Source: Malacoraja senta
Taxonomy: Eukaryota
Length of the DNA stretch: 64,000 nucleotides
NCBI GenBank assembly: GCA_038087875.1
Contig: CM075986.1
Location: 14,632,001 to 14,696,000, forward strand
Direction of reading: 5' to 3'
In this document: positions 61,101 to 64,000 of the stretch, in pieces
Position numbering within the stretch: position 1 is the first letter of the stretch
Layout of the letters: every line of letters begins with the position of its first letter
Notes under the pieces: generated by a model
What the model saw: only the letters and a program-made list of their open reading frames with translations
What the model was told of the DNA's origin: nothing
The model's database searches: none
Made by a program: the position numbers and the translations under genes

Positions 61101-62439
61101 AATCAGGCACAGGCATATTAAACCCAGTTGCCCTAGGAGTCTCCGATTATAACCACTTCTGGACAGTGTGGACTGATTACCACAGCTGTATGGGTACTGA
61201 TGATCTAATGTCTACGTCAAAACCAACTCAGAGCAGAACATTTCTCGGTCAAATTTCCTGAATGATGCAGGACACATTTCACTGCAGGAGAAGTCCATTT
61301 TCAGCAGCATAGCTCTGAAGTAGGCAGTCTAATACCAATGGATTCCTGGGTCACAACACTTACATCATCGCTGTTTCTGGAACTTTGCTGTGCACTAATT
61401 TGCAACATCGGTTTCCTGCATCTCCGAAACATTTTGTGGCTAGAGAGTGCTTGGGGATGTCCTGGAATTGTTATAGGCACAAAATAAATGCGTGGCCTTG
61501 CGGCATATCCTTTCCCATTTTTCCTCTGAGATGTCTGAGTTTAATGCTGATTATCTGGGAGAAGGAGGGTGCTGGCTGGTGTGGTGACAGATTCTTCCGT
61601 CACACCGCTGATGATGGTGCATTGTTTGAAGAGGCATCTTTGTAACAATGTTCCTGAGCCCGGTAGTCCAGTGCTTAAAATAATTTTCCTTCCCTGTCAC
61701 CTAATGCTCCATCTGATAACATGCTTGAGAACCAATGAGAAGCAAAGGCAGTGGTGGTACCTCTGGGATTTGACATGATCTTTAACCTGGGATAGTTTGA
61801 ACCTTTGTAAGTTTGACCTGCAGTTATTTGACCAATTACGCAGTACGGTTTAAATAAAGATACAATGCTGGGTGGAGAATTTTAGAATAATTAATAATGC
61901 ATGGGTCTGTGAAATGTGATTTGTGCTTTCTGTTGTGGTTAATGAGAGTAGTGTCCTGGGATCACTTCATTTACATTCAGCTCTGAAGGCAGGAAAAGGT
62001 ATAACGTTTGCGGGCCTTTGATGGTCTATAATACTGTTTCAGATCTAAAGCAGCATGGTCCACTGGGACCCCAAACGCATTAATGCTGCCATCCATCAGT
62101 AGGTTAGAGAACATTAATAATAAAAGAAGCAAGTGCTGGGAACACTCAGCAGGCCAGGCTGGATCTGTGGGGAGAGACACAGAGCTAAACTTTCAGCTCA
62201 ATGGCCTTTCGTCAAGAGATTACGGCAACTGATTGAAGACTGGTCATTCGACTAGAGTCTGGTCATTTTCCCGTTGCTGTTTGCAGGAGTTTGTTGGGTG
62301 CTGTGTACCGTAGTTTACAATACCAATTGCATTTGAGAAGCATTAATGGGCTGTGGAATGCTCCTTCAAACATGCTGAAATTGTGAAAGAAGCCAAAAAG
62401 TATGCAGAGCTCCATAGGCCAATTGCATGCCAGCTCAGA

Positions 62440-63440
62440 AAATCATAGTCACAGAAACATACAGCACAGATCCAGTCCATTCAGCCCACCTTATCCACAC
62501 TGACCATGTTGCCAATCTACGTTAATCCCATTTGCCTGCATTTACCCTTTCTCTCCACTCCTTTCTTAACCAAGTACCTGTCCAAACACCTTTTAAATGT
62601 TGTAACCGTATCTGCCCCCATCGTCTCCTCTGCCAGCTTGTTGCAGATATTCACCACTCTCTCTTACCCCTCAGATCTCCCTTAAATTTCTCCCTCTCAC
62701 CTTAAACCATTGCCTTCTAGTTCTAAAGTTTTCCCAGCCCTGGGCTTCTAAGGCTGCCTGGGTCAAGACGAGATGGAGAGACCAGTGGAAGTCAGCGGAA
62801 CCATCTAGGCTACACCTTTACATCGATGACCCCATGGACGTCCCTGGCCAGGACCTGCCCCGAAAGCAGTGGACAACCCTCAACCGCTTGAGGACAGGCA
62901 TCGGACGCTATGGAGTAGCGATGAAGAGGTGGGGCCTCGTGGACAGCGCCTCCTGCGAGTGTGGGGACCCAACACAGACAGTGGAGCACATAGTCACCAG
63001 TTGCCCCAAACACCAGCCACCGAATGGACCTGATTGACCTGGACGATGACACGTTGGCCTGGCTCGCCTCAACGGAGCTGCAGGTCTAAAAGACACACGA
63101 CAGAAGAAGAAGAATCCCTGGGAAAAGGTATCTGACTATTTATCCTATCCGTGCCCCTTATAATTTTATAAACCTCTGCCAGGTCACTCTCAGCCTCCTC
63201 GGCTCCACTGGGAATAAACTCAGCCTACCCAATATCCAATCTCTCCTTTTGACTACTGCTCTCTCTTTCCCAGGCAACACCCTTCTGGATGTCCTCTGCA
63301 CTCTCTCTATCGCTACCACTTCCTTCCTGCAGAATTGTAAGCAGGACTTCAAGTTAAGTCTAACCAAGCTGCAACATGACATCCCAAATCTTACGCTTGA
63401 TGCCTTGGCCTATGAAGACAAGAATACCAAATGCAACCCA
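62440..63440 (-). mobile_element. Older CR1 fragment, host of a Vingi-like insertion
   Basis: IERVQRTSRRVLPG..LGRLSLF remnant and CR1 tail. Confidence 0.75.
62745..63114 (+). mobile_element. Vingi/Ingi-like LINE 3' end
   Basis: PGQDLPRKQWTTLNRLRTG..RWG..CECGDPTQTVEHIVTSCP (CCHC finger); (GAA)n tail; TSD ccctggg (62738-62744, 63116-63122). Confidence 0.75.
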
Positions 63441-63547
63441 TCATTAGACGCTAAATGTTTCCTATTTCCCTTTCCACGGATGCTGCCTGAACTGAATGTT
63501 TTCAGCATTTTCTGTTTTTATCTCAGATTTCCATTTCTTTTTTGACA

Positions 63548-63975
63548 TAATTGGGATGGCGGAACTGTCATATGAGGAAAGATTGAAAAGACTAGGCTTG
63601 TATTCACTGGAGTTTAGAAGGATGAGGGGGGATCTTATAGAAACATATAAAATTATAAAAGGACTGGACAAGCTAGATGCAGGAAAAATGTTCCCAATGT
63701 TGGGCGAGTCCAGAACCAGGGGCCACAGTCTTAGAATAAAGTGGAGGCCATTTAAGACTTTTTCACCCAGAGAGTTGTGAATTTGTGGAATTCCCTGCCA
63801 CAGAGGGCAGTGGAGGACAAATCACTGGATGGATTTAAGAGAGAGTTAGATAGAGCTCTAGGGGCTAGTGGAATCAGGGGATATGGAGAGAAGGCAGGCA
63901 CGGGTTATTGATTGGGGACGATCAGCCATGATCACAATGAATGGCCTCCTCCTGCACCTATGTTTTTGTTTCTAT
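63548..63975 (+). mobile_element. CR1 3' fragment
   Basis: Near-identical to 53565-54024. Confidence 0.9.
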
Positions 63976-64000
63976 GACTAAGTCTGGGTTGCTTGGTTGT

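Noticed and set aside
1-64000. CRISPR arrays, rRNA or prokaryotic operons
   Set aside because: No regularly spaced repeats; the sequence is eukaryotic intron/intergenic DNA.

Overview
This is vertebrate genomic DNA, almost certainly a cartilaginous fish (skate/ray-like), judged from HE1-type V-SINEs, HER1/CR1 LINEs and Deu-domain SINE relics. The only confidently recognised gene is the 3' end of MRC2 (Endo180/uPARAP) on the + strand. Its exons are 5392-5571 (end of C-type lectin domain 8), a 27-nt micro-exon at 7981-8007, and the TM/cytoplasmic exon 8119-8348. The rest is dominated by transposable elements: a near-full-length CR1 (about 20.2-25.0 kb, two nonsense codons in ORF2), an L2 RT fragment, Penelope-like (GIY-YIG) elements, an L1 3' end, a Vingi/Ingi-like fragment, Rex1/Babar tails, a decayed Ty3/Gypsy, a solo LTR, hAT and Harbinger-like MITEs, and many SINEs. 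Two things stand out. (1) About 20 short Penelope-derived insertions, many carrying a minimal hammerhead-ribozyme motif (CTGAAGA-A-GGG..CCC-GAAAC-GTY), several with clean target-site duplications, a recurrent end point at the ribozyme core and frequent fold-back architecture. (2) A collinear series of minus-strand fragments, several with frameshifts or stops, that resemble MARCHF10, the tail-to-tail neighbour of MRC2 in mammals, suggesting a decayed orthologue. All homology calls are by eye and from memory, without database searches. Repeat boundaries without TSDs are approximate.
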